64,000 nt of DNA. Source: Haplodiscus bocki (Eukaryota). Below are positions 11,401-26,400 of this stretch, piece by piece. The notes beneath the pieces were generated by a model, which did no database searches, was not told where the DNA came from, and saw nothing but the letters and a program-made list of their open reading frames with translations. Within the stretch, counting starts at the first letter, position 1. Every line of letters starts with the position of its first letter. A program made the position numbers and the translations under genes. The stretch is from assembly GCA_965655095.1 (NCBI GenBank), contig OZ296653.1:79670001-79734000 (forward strand), written 5' to 3'.

Positions 11401-14400
11401 GTTCAAACAATCATATCGATTGCTCATGTGTGAAAATATTTTTCCCAAAAAAAATATTCAGAGGACTACGGCGATACTACATTGCACAACTTCGGAATGC
11501 CTTTCTTCCACCACCTGGCTATACATATAAAGTCGAACCGTGCCAAAAGGTGGTCTCTTTTGTATGGTTGGGAGGAGTTAGATGTGAATGACTATCGTAT
11601 TCCAGCGTGCCAATATTGTATTCCATCTAACTTATGCACTGTTATGAAGAGTTCGCATACAAGTTTCATTATTTCCGGTTGCCTGCAAAAGAGTTGCACT
11701 CTCCACGGGAAACTGCCTACTTCAGGGGTTCAGATAAAACGATTCCCGGTGTAGTTTTATTCCCTGGAATTCAAACTTCTTCCCTCTGTTTTAAGTTTCA
11801 GCTTCCCCTCACCACGAGGGTAGCTTCATGATAATATTTTGAAGAAGGACACAACAGTCGGATTTTTGTTTCGGACGGAGTCCATACTTTTTTAAATTTC
11901 TTGTCGTCCTTGAAAGATTCTTTCCCCGACTTCGCTATTGTCTGTTCCAGGATTTATTGTGTTGATGATGGGTTAAATTCTTCAATATTTTCAGAACAAG
12001 ATTCAAACAACCGTCGGCATGGAAGGAGACATTCCGGGGTTCGTTCTTTTTTGGTGACTTCAAATTGCGCTCATTTTGTAATCAACTTTTCATAAAAGAA
12101 TTCATGTTGATGGGTGGTTCCTCATTGGGCCTGATGCAACACGAACTAGATCCTTTTCCAAAAGACAATTTGTAAAACTTATCGGATACCTTTCTTTATA
12201 TGAAAAAAATTCCGATTGGACAACTTTTTTGAAAAAATTATGGTTGTGTACATTTTGACTACCGAAGACGAACATTTTAAAAATGCAACTTGCAATATTA
12301 TAGAAAAACTCTGTCGACAAACTATCGGTGTAATTTCTAAACCGTTTTCCGAATTGAGTTCGTGCGTCCTGGCGTAAAATAAATTTAGGAGATTCCGACC
12401 TGGGAGATTTTGGCTAAGGAGATTTTGACATGAAAGCGCTATTTCATGTTGAGATGTCACTTATTTATTAATCAGTTGGATCCAGAAACAATTTAATTGG
12501 TGGCTTATGACCAGTGTGAACAATTCGAGAAGAATTATTTCAAACGGAAATTTACTATTTCAGATTTGACGCGTTCTGTAAGATAAGAGTAATGCTCATC
12601 GCGTGGCAAACGCAAAGATTTCAAATCATTTTTGTTCAGAAATGTTTCGACAACACTCAACCCGTCTTGACAAACAAACGCCGGCATGGAAGGAGACAAG
12701 GTGAGGAAGTAGCATCAAAGGTTTGGTTCGAAAGAGACGTTAAGGAAATCTTTAGGGAGGGGAGGAGAGGGGTGAAATGCTCCGGCGCAAGATTCTTTTT
12801 TTCTGACTCTGTAGGTGAGTTTTTTGCGACCGAATGAATTCTCCTCCGTACCCCGAGCACTCCGAGGCAATGTAGCAAAACAAATATGCACATTGAGTGA
12901 AAGCGCTGGCTCATAACTGAACCAAGGTCAATTCCAAGGGTTTTTGGGCACAAAGGGTCATTGAGTCAAGTGTGGTCAGATCAAATCTGCTGTAGGTACA
13001 AATTGCGAGATTAGAGTTTCGGCGAAGGCTTCAGCTCATTGCTTCCAACATTGAATTGTTACTGTTAAGCATTGGCATGCGGAAGTTCAAACAATCATAT
13101 CGATTGCTCATGTGTGAAAATACTTTTCCCAAAAAAAATATGCAGAGGACTACGGCGATACTACATTGCACAACTTCGGAATGCCTTTCTTCCACCACCT
13201 GGCTATACATATAAAGTCGAACCGTGCCAAAAGGTGGTCTCTTTTGTATGGTTGGGAGGAGTTAGATGTGAATGACTATCGTATTCCAGCGTGCCAATAT
13301 TGTATTCACACTAACTTCTGCACTGTTATGAAGAGTTCGCATACAAGTTTCCATTTTTCCCGGTTGCCTGCAAAAGAGTTGCACTCTCCACGGGAAACTG
13401 CCTACTTCAGCGGTTCAGATATAACGATTCCTGGTGGAGTTTTATTCCCTGGAATTCAAACTTCTTCCCTCTGTCTTAAGTTTCAGCTTCCCCTTACCAC
13501 GAGGGTAGCTTCATGATAACATTTTGAAGAAGGACACAACAGTCGGATTTTTGTTTCGGACGGAGTCCATACTTTTTTATGTTTCATGTCGTCCTTGAAA
13601 GATTCTTTCCCCGACTTCGCTAATGTCTGTTCCAGGATTTATTGTGTTGATGATGGGTTAAATTCTTCAATATTTTCAGAACAAGATTCAAACAACCGTC
13701 GGCATGGAAGGAGACAATCCGGGGTTCGTTCTTTTTCGTGACTTCAAATTGCGCTCATTTTGTAATCAACTTTTCATAATAGAATTCATGTTGATGGGTG
13801 GTTCCTCAATGCGCCTGATGCAACACGAACTAGATCCTTTTCCAAATGACAGTTTGTAAAACTTATCGGATACCTTTCTTTATATGAAAAAAATTCCGAT
13901 TGGACAACTTTTTTGAAAAATTTATGGTTGTGTACAGTTTGACTACCGAAGACGAACATTTTAAAAATGCAACTTGCAATATTATAGAAAAACTCTGTCG
14001 ACAAACTATCGGTGTAATTTCTAAACCGTTTTCCGAATTGAGTTCGTGCGTCCTGGCGTAAAATAAATTTAGGAGATTCCGACCTGGGAGATTTTGGCTA
14101 AGGAGATTTTGACATGAAAGCGCTATTTCATGTTGAGATGTCACTTATTTATTAATCAGTTGGATCCAGAAACAATTTAATTGGTGGCTTATGACCAGTG
14201 TGAACAATTCGAGAAGAATTATTTCAAACGGAAATTTACTATTTCAGATTTGACGCGTTCTGTAAGATAAGAGTAATGCTCATCGCGTGGCAAACGCAAA
14301 GATTTCAAATCATTTTTGTTCAGAAATGTTTCGACAACACTCAACCCGTCTTGACAAACAAACGCCGGCATGGAAGGAGACAAGGTGAGGAAGTAGCATC

Positions 14401-17400
14401 AAAGGTTTGGTTCGAAAGAGACGTTAAGGAAATCTTTAGGGAGGGGAGGAGAGGGGTGAAATGCTCCGGCGCAAGATTCTTTTTTTCTGACTCTGTAGGT
14501 GAGTTTTTTGCGACCGAATGAATTCTCCTCCGTACCCCGAGCACTCCGAGGCAATGTAGCAAAACAAATATGCACATTGAGTGAAAGCGCTGGCTCATAA
14601 CTGAACCAAGGTCAATTCCAAGGGTTTTTGGGCACAAAGGGTCATTGAGTCAAGTGTGGTCAGATCAAATCTGCTGTAGGTACAAATTGCGAGATTAGAG
14701 TTTCGGCGAAGGCTTCAGCTCATTGCTTCCAACATTGAATTGTTACTGTTAAGCATTGGCATGCGGAAGTTCAAACAATCATATCGATTGCTCATGTGTG
14801 AAAATACTTTTCCCAAAAAAAATATGCAGAGGACTACGGCGATACTACATTGCACAACTTCGGAATGCCTTTCTTCCACCACCTGGCTATACATATAAAG
14901 TCGAACCGTGCCAAAAGGTGGTCTCTTTTGTATGGTTGGGAGGAGTTAGATGTGAATGACTATCGTATTCCAGCGTGCCAATATTGTATTCACACTAACT
15001 TCTGCACTGTTATGAAGAGTTCGCATACAAGTTTCCATTTTTCCCGGTTGCCTGCAAAAGAGTTGCACTCTCCACGGGAAACTGCCTACTTCAGCGGTTC
15101 AGATATAACGATTCCTGGTGGAGTTTTATTCCCTGGAATTCAAACTTCTTCCCTCTGTCTTAAGTTTCAGCTTCCCCTTACCACGAGGGTAGCTTCATGA
15201 TAACATTTTGAAGAAGGACACAACAGTCGGATTTTTGTTTCGGACGGAGTCCATACTTTTTTATGTTTCATGTCGTCCTTGAAAGATTCTTTCCCCGACT
15301 TCGCTAATGTCTGTTCCAGGATTTATTGTGTTGATGATGGGTTAAATTCTTCAATATTTTCAGAACAAGATTCAAACAACCGTCGGCATGGAAGGAGACA
15401 ATCCGGGGTTCGTTCTTTTTCGTGACTTCAAATTGCGCTCATTTTGTAATCAACTTTTCATAATAGAATTCATGTTGATGGGTGGTTCCTCATTGCGCCT
15501 GATGCAACACGAACTAGATCCTTTTCCAAATGACAGTTTGTAAAACTTATCGGATACCTTTCTTTATATGAAAAAAATTCCGATTGGACAACTTTTTTGA
15601 AAAATTTATGGTTGTGTACAGTTTGACTACCGAAGACGAACATTTTAAAAATGCAACTTGCAATAATATAGAAAAAATCCGTCGACAAACTGTCGGTGTA
15701 ATTTCTAAACCATTTTCCTAATTGAGTTCGTGCGTCTCGGCGTAAAGTAAAATTAGGAGATTCCGACTTGGGAGATCTCGGCTTAGGAGATTTTGACATG
15801 AAAGCGCTATTTCATGTTGAGATGTCACTTATTTATTAATCAGTTGGATCCAGAAAAAAATAAATTGGTGGCTTATGACAAGTGTGAACAATGCGAGAAG
15901 AATTATTTCAAACGGAAATTTACTATTTCAGATTTGGCGCGTTCTGTAAGATATGAGTAATGCTCATGGCGTGGCAAACGCAAAGATTTCAAATCATTTT
16001 TGTTCAGAAATGTTTCGACAACATTCAACCCGTCTTGAAGCAAGGGTTAAACTCTTCAATATTTTCAGAACATGATTCAAACAAACGCCGGCATGGAAGG
16101 AGACAAGGTGAAGAAGTAGCATCAAAGGTTTGGTTCGAAAGAGACGTTAAGGAAATCTTTAGGGAGGGGAGGAGAGGGGTGAAATGCTCCGGTGCAAGAT
16201 TCTTTTTTTCTGACTCTGTAGATGAGTTTTTTGCGACCGAATGAATTCTCCTCCGTACCCCGAGCACTCCGAGGCAATGTAGCAAAACAAATATGCACAT
16301 TGAGTGAAAGCGCTGGCTCATAACTGAACCAAGGTCAATTCCAAGGGTTTTTGGGCACAAAGGGTCCTTGAGTCAAGTGTGGTCAGATCGAATCTGCTGT
16401 AGGTACAAATTGCGAGATTAGAGTTTCGGCGAAGGCTTCAGCTCATTGCTTCCAACATTGAATTGTTACTGTTAAGCATTGGCATGCGGAATTTCAAACA
16501 ATCATATCGATTGCTCATGTGTGAAAATACTTTTCCCAAAAAAATATGCAGAGGACTACGGCGATACTACATTGCACAACTTCGGAATGCCTTTCTTCGA
16601 CCACCTGGCTATACATATAAAGTCGAACCGTGCCAAAAGGTGGTCTCTTTTGTATGGTTGGGAGGAGTTAGATGTGAATGACTATCGTATTCCAGCGTGC
16701 CAATATTGTATTCCATCTAACTTATGCACTGTTATGAAGAGTTCGCATACAAGTTTCATTATTTCCGGTTGCCTGCAAAAGAGTTGCACTCTCCACGGGA
16801 AACTGCCTACTTCAGGGGTTCAGATAAAACGATTCCCGGTGTAGTTTTATTCCCTGGAATTCAAACTTCTTCCCTCTGTTTTAAGTTTCAGCTTCCCCTC
16901 ACCACGAGGGTAGCTTCATGATAATATTTTGAAGAAGGACACAACAGTCGGATTTTTGTTTCGGACGGAGTCCATACTTTTTTACATTTCATGTCGTCCT
17001 TGAAAGATTCTTTCCCCGACTTCGCTATTGTCTGTTCCAGGATTTATTGTGTTGATGATGGGTTAAATTCTTCAATATTTTCAGAACAAGATTCAAACAA
17101 CCGTCGGCATGGAAGGAGACATTCCGGGGTTCGTTCTTTTTTGGTGACTTCAAATTGCGCTCATTTTGTAATCAACTTTTCATAAAAGAATTCATGTTGA
17201 TGGGTGGTTCCTCATTGGGCCTGATGCAACACGAATTAGATCCTTTTCCAAAAGACAATTTGTAAAACTTATCGGATACCTTTCTTTATATGAAAAAAAT
17301 TCCGATTGGACAACTTTTTTGAAAAAATTATGGTTGTGTACATTTTGACTACCGAAGACGAACATTTTAAAAATGCAACTTGCAATATTATAGAAAAACT

Positions 17401-20400
17401 CTGTCGACAAACTATCGGTGTAATTTCTAAACCGTTTTCCGAATTGAGTTCGTGCGTCCTGGCGTAAAATAAATTTAGGAGATTCCGACCTGGGAGATTT
17501 TGGCTAAGGAGATTTTGACATGAAAGCGCTATTTCATGTTGAGATGTCACTTATTTATTAATCAGTTGGATCCAGAAACAATTTAATTGGTGGCTTATGA
17601 CCAGTGTGAACAATTCGAGAAGAATTATTTCAAACGGAAATTTACTATTTCAGATTTGACGCGTTCTGTAAGATAAGAGTAATGCTCATCGCGTGGCAAA
17701 CGCAAAGATTTCAAATCATTTTTGTTCAGAAATGTTTCGACAACACTCAACCCGTCTTGAAGCAAGGGTTGAACTCTTCAATATTTTCAGAACATGATTC
17801 AAACAAACGCCGGCATGGAAGGAGACAAGGTGAGGAAGTAGCATCAAAGGTTTGGTTCGAAAGAGACGTTAAGGAAATCTTTAGGGAGGGGAGGAGAGGG
17901 GTGAAATGCTCCGGCGCAAGATTCTTTTTTTCTGACTCTGTAGATGAGTTTTTTGCGACCGAATGAATTCTCCTCCGTACCCCGAGCACTCCGAGGCAAT
18001 GTAGCAAAACAAATATGCACATTGAGTGAAAGCGCTGGCTCATAACTGAACCAAGGTCAATTCCAAGGGTTTTTGGGCACAAAGGGTCATTGAGTCAAGT
18101 GTGGTCAGATCAAATCTGCTGTAGGTACAAATTGCGAGATTAGAGTTTCGGCGAAGGCTTCAGCTCATTGCTTCCAACATTGAATTGTTACTGTTAAGCA
18201 TTGGCATGCGGAAGTTCAAACAATCATATCGATTGCTCATGTGTGAAAATACTTTTCCCAAAAAAAATATGCAGAGGACTACGGCGATACTACATTGCAC
18301 AACTTCGGAATGCCTTTCTTCCACCACCTGGCTATACATATAAAGTCGAACCGTGCCAAAAGGTGGTCTCTTTTGTATGGTTGGGAGGAGTTAGATGTGA
18401 ATGACTATCGTATTCCAGCGTGCCAATATTGTATTCACACTAAATTCTGCACTGTTATGAAGAGTTCGCATACAAGTTTCCATTTTTCCCGGTTGCCTGC
18501 AAAAGAGTTGCACTCTCCACGGGAAACTGCCTACTTCAGCGGTTCAGATATAACGATTCCTGGTGGAGTTTTATTCCCTGGAATTCAAACTTCTTCCCTC
18601 TGTCTTAAGTTTCAGCTTCCCCTTACCACGAGGGTAGCTTCATGATAACATTTTGAAGAAGGACACAACAGTCGGATTTTTGTTTCGGACGGAGTCCATA
18701 CTTTTTTATGTTTCATGTCGTCCTTGAAAGATTCTTTCCCCGACTTCGCTAATGTCTGTTCCAGGATTTATTGTGTTGATGATGGGTTAAATTCTTCAAT
18801 ATTTTCAGAACAAGATTCAAACAACCGTCGGCATGGAAGGAGACAATCCGGGGTTCGTTCTTTTTCGTGACTTCAAATTGCGCTCATTTTGTAATCAACT
18901 TTTCATAATAGAATTCATGTTGATGGGTGGTTCCTCATTGCGCCTGATGCAACACGAACTAGATCCTTTTCCAAATGACAGTTTGTAAAACTTATCGGAT
19001 ACCTTTCTTTATATGAAAAAAATTCCGATTGGACAACTTTTTTGAAAAATTTATGGTTGTGTACAGTTTGACTACCGAAGACGAACATTTTAAAAATGCA
19101 ACTTGCAATAATATAGAAAAAATCCGTCGACAAACTGTCGGTGTAATTTCTAAACCATTTTCCTAATTGAGTTCGTGCGTCTCGGCGTAAAGTAAAATTA
19201 GGAGATTCCGACTTGGGAGATCTCGGCTTAGGAGATTTTGACATGAAAGCGCTATTTCATGTTGAGATGTCACTTATTTATTAATCAGTTGGATCCAGAA
19301 AAAAATAAATTGGTGGCTTATGACAAGTGTGAACAATTCGAGAAGAATTATTTCAAACGGAAATTTACTATTTCAGATTTGGCGCGTTCTGTAAGATATG
19401 AGTAATGCTCATGGCGTGGCAAACGCAAAGATTTCAAATCATTTTTGTTCAGAAATGTTTCGACAACATTCAACCCGTCTTGAAGCAAGGGTTAAACTCT
19501 TCAATATTTTCAGAACATGATTCAAACAAACGCCGGCATGGAAGGAGACAAGGTGAAGAAGTAGCATCAAAGGTTTGGTTCGAAAGAGACGTTAAGGAAA
19601 TCTTTAGGGAGGGGAGGAGAGGGGTGAAATGCTCCGGTGCAAGATTCTTTTTTTCTGACTCTGTAGATGAGTTTTTTGCGACCGAATGAATTCTCCTCCG
19701 TACCCCGAGCACTCCGAGGCAATGTAGCAAAACAAATATGCACATTGAGTGAAAGCGCTGGCTCATAACTGAACCAAGGTCAATTCCAAGGGTTTTTGGG
19801 CACAAAGGGTCCTTGAGTCAAGTGTGGTCAGATCGAATCTGCTGTAGGTACAAATTGCGAGATTAGAGTTTCGGCGAAGGCTTCAGCTCATTGCTTCCAA
19901 CATTGAATTGTTACTGTTAAGCATTGGCATGCGGAATTTCAAACAATCATATCGATTGCTCATGTGTGAAAATACTTTTCCCAAAAAAATATGCAGAGGA
20001 CTACGGCGATACTACATTGCACAACTTCGGAATGCCTTTCTTCGACCACCTGGCTATACATATAAAGTCGAACCGTGCCAAAAGGTGGTCTCTTTTGTAT
20101 GGTTGGGAGGAGTTAGATGTGAATGACTATCGTATTCCAGCGTGCCAATATTGTATTCCATCTAATTTCTGCACTGTTATGAAGAGTTCGCATACAAGTT
20201 TCCATTATTTCCGGTTGCCTGCAAAAGAGTTGCACTCTCCACGGGAAACTGCCAACTTCAGGGGTTCAGATATAACGATTCCTGGTGGAGTTTTATTCCC
20301 TGGAATTCAAACTTCTTCCCTCTGTCTTAAGTTTCAGCTTCCCCTTACCACGAGGGTAGCTTCATGATAACATTCTGAAGAAGGACACAACAGTCGGATT

Positions 20401-23400
20401 TTTGTTTCGGACGGAGTCCATACTTTTTTATGTTTCAAGTCGTCCTTGAAAGATTCTTTCCCCGACTTCGCTAGTGTCTGTTCCAGGATTTATTGTGTTG
20501 ATGATGGGTTAAATTCTTCAATATTTTCAGAACAAGATTCAAACAACCGTCGGCATGGAAGGAGACAATCCGGGGTTCGTTCTTTTTCGTGACTTCAAAT
20601 TGCGCTCATTTTGTAATCAACTTTTCATAATAGAATTCATGTTGATGGGTGGTTCCTCATTGCGCCTGATGCAACACGAACTAGATCCTTTTCCAAATGA
20701 CAATTTGTAAAACTTATCGGATACCTTTCTTTATATGAAAAAAATTCCGATTGGACAACTTTTTTGAAAAATTTATGGTTGTGTACAGTTTGACTACCGA
20801 AGACGAACATTTTAAAAATGCAACTTGCAATAATATAGAAAAACTCTGTCGACAAACTGTCGGTGTAATTTCTAAACCATTTTCCTAATTGAGTTCGTGC
20901 GTCTCGGCGTAAAGTAAATTTAGGAGATTCCGACTTGGGAGATCTCGGCTTAGGAGATTTTGACATGAAAGCGCTATTTCATGTTGAGATGTCACTTATT
21001 TATTAATCAGTTGGATCCAGAAAAAAATAAATTGGTGGCTTATGACAAGTGTGAACAATTCGAGAAGAATTATTTCAAACGGAAATTTACTATTTCAGAT
21101 TTGACGCGTTCTGTAAGATAAGAGTAATGCTCATCGCGTGGCAAACGCAAAGATTTCAAATCATTTTTGTTCAGAAATGTTTCGACAACACTCAACCCGT
21201 CTTGAAGCAAGGGTTGAACTCTTCAATATTTTCAGAACATGATTCAAACAAACGCCGGCATGGAAGGAGACAAGGTGAGGAAGTAGCATCAAAGGTTTGG
21301 TTCGAAAGAGACGTTAAGGAAATCTTTAGGGAGGGGAGGAGAGGGGTGAAATGCTCCGGCGCAAGATTCTTTTTTTCTGACTCTGTAGATGAGTTTTTTG
21401 CGACCGAATGAATTCTCCTCCGTACCCCGAGCACTCCGAGGCAATGTAGCAAAACAAATATGCACATTGAGTGAAAGCGCTGGCTCATAACTGAACCAAG
21501 GTCAATTCCAAGGGTTTTTGGGCACAAAGGGTCATTGAGTCAAGTGTGGTCAGATCAAATCTGCTGTAGGTACAAATTGCGAGATTAGAGTTTCGGCGAA
21601 GGCTTCAGCTCATTGCTTCCAACATTGAATTGTTACTGTTAAGCATTGGCATGCGGAAGTTCAAACAATCATATCGATTGCTCATGTGTGAAAATACTTT
21701 TCCCAAAAAAAATATGCAGAGGACTACGGCGATACTACATTGCACAACTTCGGAATGCCTTTCTTCCACCACCTGGCTATACATATAAAGTCGAACCGTG
21801 CCAAAAGGTGGTCTCTTTTGTATGGTTGGGAGGAGTTAGATGTGAATGACTATCGTATTCCAGCGTGCCAATATTGTATTCACACTAAATTCTGCACTGT
21901 TATGAAGAGTTCGCATACAAGTTTCCATTTTTCCCGGTTGCCTGCAAAAGAGTTGCACTCTCCACGGGAAACTGCCTACTTCAGCGGTTCAGATATAACG
22001 ATTCCTGGTGGAGTTTTATTCCCTGGAATTCAAACTTCTTCCCTCTGTCTTAAGTTTCAGCTTCCCCTTACCACGAGGGTAGCTTCATGATAACATTTTG
22101 AAGAAGGACACAACAGTCGGATTTTTGTTTCGGACGGAGTCCATACTTTTTTATGTTTCATGTCGTCCTTGAAAGATTCTTTCCCCGACTTCGCTAATGT
22201 CTGTTCCAGGATTTATTGTGTTGATGATGGGTTAAATTCTTCAATATTTTCAGAACAAGATTCAAACAACCGTCGGCATGGAAGGAGACAATCCGGGGTT
22301 CGTTCTTTTTCGTGACTTCAAATTGCGCTCATTTTGTAATCAACTTTTCATAATAGAATTCATGTTGATGGGTGGTTCCTCATTGCGCCTGATGCAACAC
22401 GAACTAGATCCTTTTCCAAATGACAGTTTGTAAAACTTATCGGATACCTTTCTTTATATGAAAAAAATTCCGATTGGACAACTTTTTTGAAAAATTTATG
22501 GTTGTGTACAGTTTGACTACCGAAGACGAACATTTTAAAAATGCAACTTGCAATAATATAGAAAAAATCCGTCGACAAACTGTCGGTGTAATTTCTAAAC
22601 CATTTTCCTAATTGAGTTCGTGCGTCTCGGCGTAAAGTAAAATTAGGAGATTCCGACTTGGGAGATCTCGGCTTAGGAGATTTTGACATGAAAGCGCTAT
22701 TTCATGTTGAGATGTCACTTATTTATTAATCAGTTGGATCCAGAAAAAAATAAATTGGTGGCTTATGACAAGTGTGAACAATTCGAGAAGAATTATTTCA
22801 AACGGAAATTTACTATTTCAGATTTGGCGCGTTCTGTAAGATATGAGTAATGCTCATGGCGTGGCAAACGCAAAGATTTCAAATCATTTTTGTTCAGAAA
22901 TGTTTCGACAACATTCAACCCGTCTTGAAGCAAGGGTTAAACTCTTCAATATTTTCAGAACATGATTCAAACAAACGCCGGCATGGAAGGAGACAAGGTG
23001 AAGAAGTAGCATCAAAGGTTTGGTTCGAAAGAGACGTTAAGGAAATCTTTAGGGAGGGGAGGAGAGGGGTGAAATGCTCCGGTGCAAGATTCTTTTTTTC
23101 TGACTCTGTAGATGAGTTTTTTGCGACCGAATGAATTCTCCTCCGTACCCCGAGCACTCCGAGGCAATGTAGCAAAACAAATATGCACATTGAGTGAAAG
23201 CGCTGGCTCATAACTGAACCAAGGTCAATTCCAAGGGTTTTTGGGCACAAAGGGTCCTTGAGTCAAGTGTGGTCAGATCGAATCTGCTGTAGGTACAAAT
23301 TGCGAGATTAGAGTTTCGGCGAAGGCTTCAGCTCATTGCTTCCAACATTGAATTGTTACTGTTAAGCATTGGCATGCGGAATTTCAAACAATCATATCGA

Positions 23401-26400
23401 TTGCTCATGTGTGAAAATACTTTTCCCAAAAAAATATGCAGAGGACTACGGCGATACTACATTGCACAACTTCGGAATGCCTTTCTTCGACCACCTGGCT
23501 ATACATATAAAGTCGAACCGTGCCAAAAGGTGGTCTCTTTTGTATGGTTGGGAGGAGTTAGATGTGAATGACTATCGTATTCCAGCGTGCCAATATTGTA
23601 TTCCATCTAATTTCTGCACTGTTATGAAGAGTTCGCATACAAGTTTCCATTATTTCCGGTTGCCTGCAAAAGAGTTGCACTCTCCACGGGAAACTGCCAA
23701 CTTCAGGGGTTCAGATATAACGATTCCTGGTGGAGTTTTATTCCCTGGAATTCAAACTTCTTCCCTCTGTCTTAAGTTTCAGCTTCCCCTTACCACGAGG
23801 GTAGCTTCATGATAACATTCTGAAGAAGGACACAACAGTCGGATTTTTGTTTCGGACGGAGTCCATACTTTTTTATGTTTCAAGTCGTCCTTGAAAGATT
23901 CTTTCCCCGACTTCGCTAGTGTCTGTTCCAGGATTTATTGTGTTGATGATGGGTTAAATTCTTCAATATTTTCAGAACAAGATTCAAACAACCGTCGGCA
24001 TGGAAGGAGACAATCCGGGGTTCGTTCTTTTTCGTGACTTCAAATTGCGCTCATTTTGTAATCAACTTTTCATAATAGAATTCATGTTGATGGGTGGTTC
24101 CTCATTGCGCCTGATGCAACACGAACTAGATCCTTTTCCAAATGACAATTTGTAAAACTTATCGGATACCTTTCTTTATATGAAAAAAATTCCGATTGGA
24201 CAACTTTTTTGAAAAATTTATGGTTGTGTACAGTTTGACTACCGAAGACGAACATTTTAAAAATGCAACTTGCAATAATATAGAAAAACTCTGTCGACAA
24301 ACTGTCGGTGTAATTTCTAAACCATTTTCCTAATTGAGTTCGTGCGTCTCGGCGTAAAGTAAATTTAGGAGATTCCGACTTGGGAGATCTCGGCTTAGGA
24401 GATTTTGACATGAAAGCGCTATTTCATGTTGAGATGTCACTTATTTATTAATCAGTTGGATCCAGAAAAAAATAAATTGGTGGCTTATGACAAGTGTGAA
24501 CAATTCGAGAAGAATTATTTCAAACGGAAATTTTGTATTTCAGATTTGGCGCGTTCTGTAAGATATGAGTAATGCTCATGGCGTGGCAGACGCAAAGATT
24601 TCAAATCATTTTTGTTCAGAAATGTTTCGACAACATTCAACCCGTCTTGAAGCAAGGGTTAAACTCTTCAATATTTTCAGAACATGATTCAAACAAACGC
24701 CGGCATGGAAGGAGACAAGGTGAGGAAGTAGCATCAAAGGTTTGGTTCGAAAGAGACGTTAATGAAATCTTTAGGGAGGGGAGGAGAGGGGTGAAATGCT
24801 CCGGCGCAAGATTCTTTTTTTCTGACTCTGTAGATGAGTTTTTTGCGACCGAGTGAATTCTCCTCCGTACCCCGAGCACTCCGAGGCAATGTAGCAAAAC
24901 AAATATGCACATTGAGTGAAAACGCTGGCTCATAACTGAACCAAGGTCAATTCCAAGGGTTTTTGGGCACAAAGGGTCCTTGAGTCAAGTGTGGTCAGAT
25001 CGAATCTGCTGTAGGTACAAATTGCGAGATTAGAGCTTCGGCGAATGCTTCAGCTCATTGCTTCCAACATTGAATTGTTACTGTTAAGCATTGGCATGCG
25101 GAATTTCAAACAATCATATCGATTGCTCATGTGTGAAAATACTTTTCCCAAAAAAACTATGCAGAGGACTACGGCGATACTACATTACACAGCTTCGGAA
25201 TGCCTTTCTTCCACCACCTGGCTATACATATAAAGTCTTACCGTGCCAAAAGGTGGTCTCTAGTGTATGATTGGGAGGAGTTAGATGTGAAGGACTATCG
25301 TATTCCAGCGTGCCAATATTGTATTCCATCTAACTTCTGCACTGTTGTGAAGAGTTCGCATACAAGTTTCCATTATTTCCGGTTGCCTGCAAAAGAGTTG
25401 CACTCTCCACGGGAAACTGCCTACTTCAGCTACTCAGATATAACGATTCCTGGTGGAGTTTTATTCCTTGGAATTCAAACTTCTTTCCTGTTTTGAGTTT
25501 CAGCTTCCCCTTACCATGACGGTAGCTTCATGATAACATTTTGAAGAAGGACACAACAGTCGGATTTTTGTTTCGGACGGAGTCCATACTTTTTTATGTT
25601 TCATGTCGTCCTTGAAAGATTCTTTGCCCGACTTCGCTAATGTCTGTTCCAGGATTTATTGTGTTGATGATGGGTTATATTCTTCAATATTTTCAGAACA
25701 AGATTCAAACAACCGTCGGCATGGAAGGAGACAATCCGGGGTTCGTTCTTTTTCGTGACTTCAAGTTGCGCTCATTTTGTAATCAACTTTTCATAATAGA
25801 ATTCATGTTGATGGGTGGTTCCTCATTGCGCCTGATGCAACACGAACTAGATCCTTTTCCAAATGACAATTTGTAAAACTTATCGGATACCTTTCTTTAT
25901 ATGAAAAAAATTCCGATTGGACAACTTTTTTGAAAAATTTATGGTTGTGTACAGTTTGACTACCGAAGACGAACATTTTAAAAATGCAACTTGCAATAAT
26001 ATAGAAAAACTCTGTCGACAAACTGTCGGTGTAATTTCTAAACCATTTTCCTAATTGAGTTCGTGCGTCTTGGCGTAAAATAAATTTAGGAGATTCCGAC
26101 TTGGGAGATTTCGGCTTAGGAGATTTTGACATGAAAGCGCTATTTCATGTTGAGATGTCAATTATTTATTAATCAGTTGGATCCAGAAAAAATTAAATTG
26201 GTGGCTTATGACAAGTGTGAACAATTCGAGAAGAATTATTTCAAACGGAAATTTAGTATTTCAGATTTGGCGCGTTCTGTAAGATATGAGTAATGCTCAT
26301 GGCGTGGCAGACGCAAAGATTTCAAATCATTTTTGTTCAGAAATGTTTCGACAACATTCAACCCGTCTTGAAGCAAGGGTTAAACTCTTCAATATTTTCA

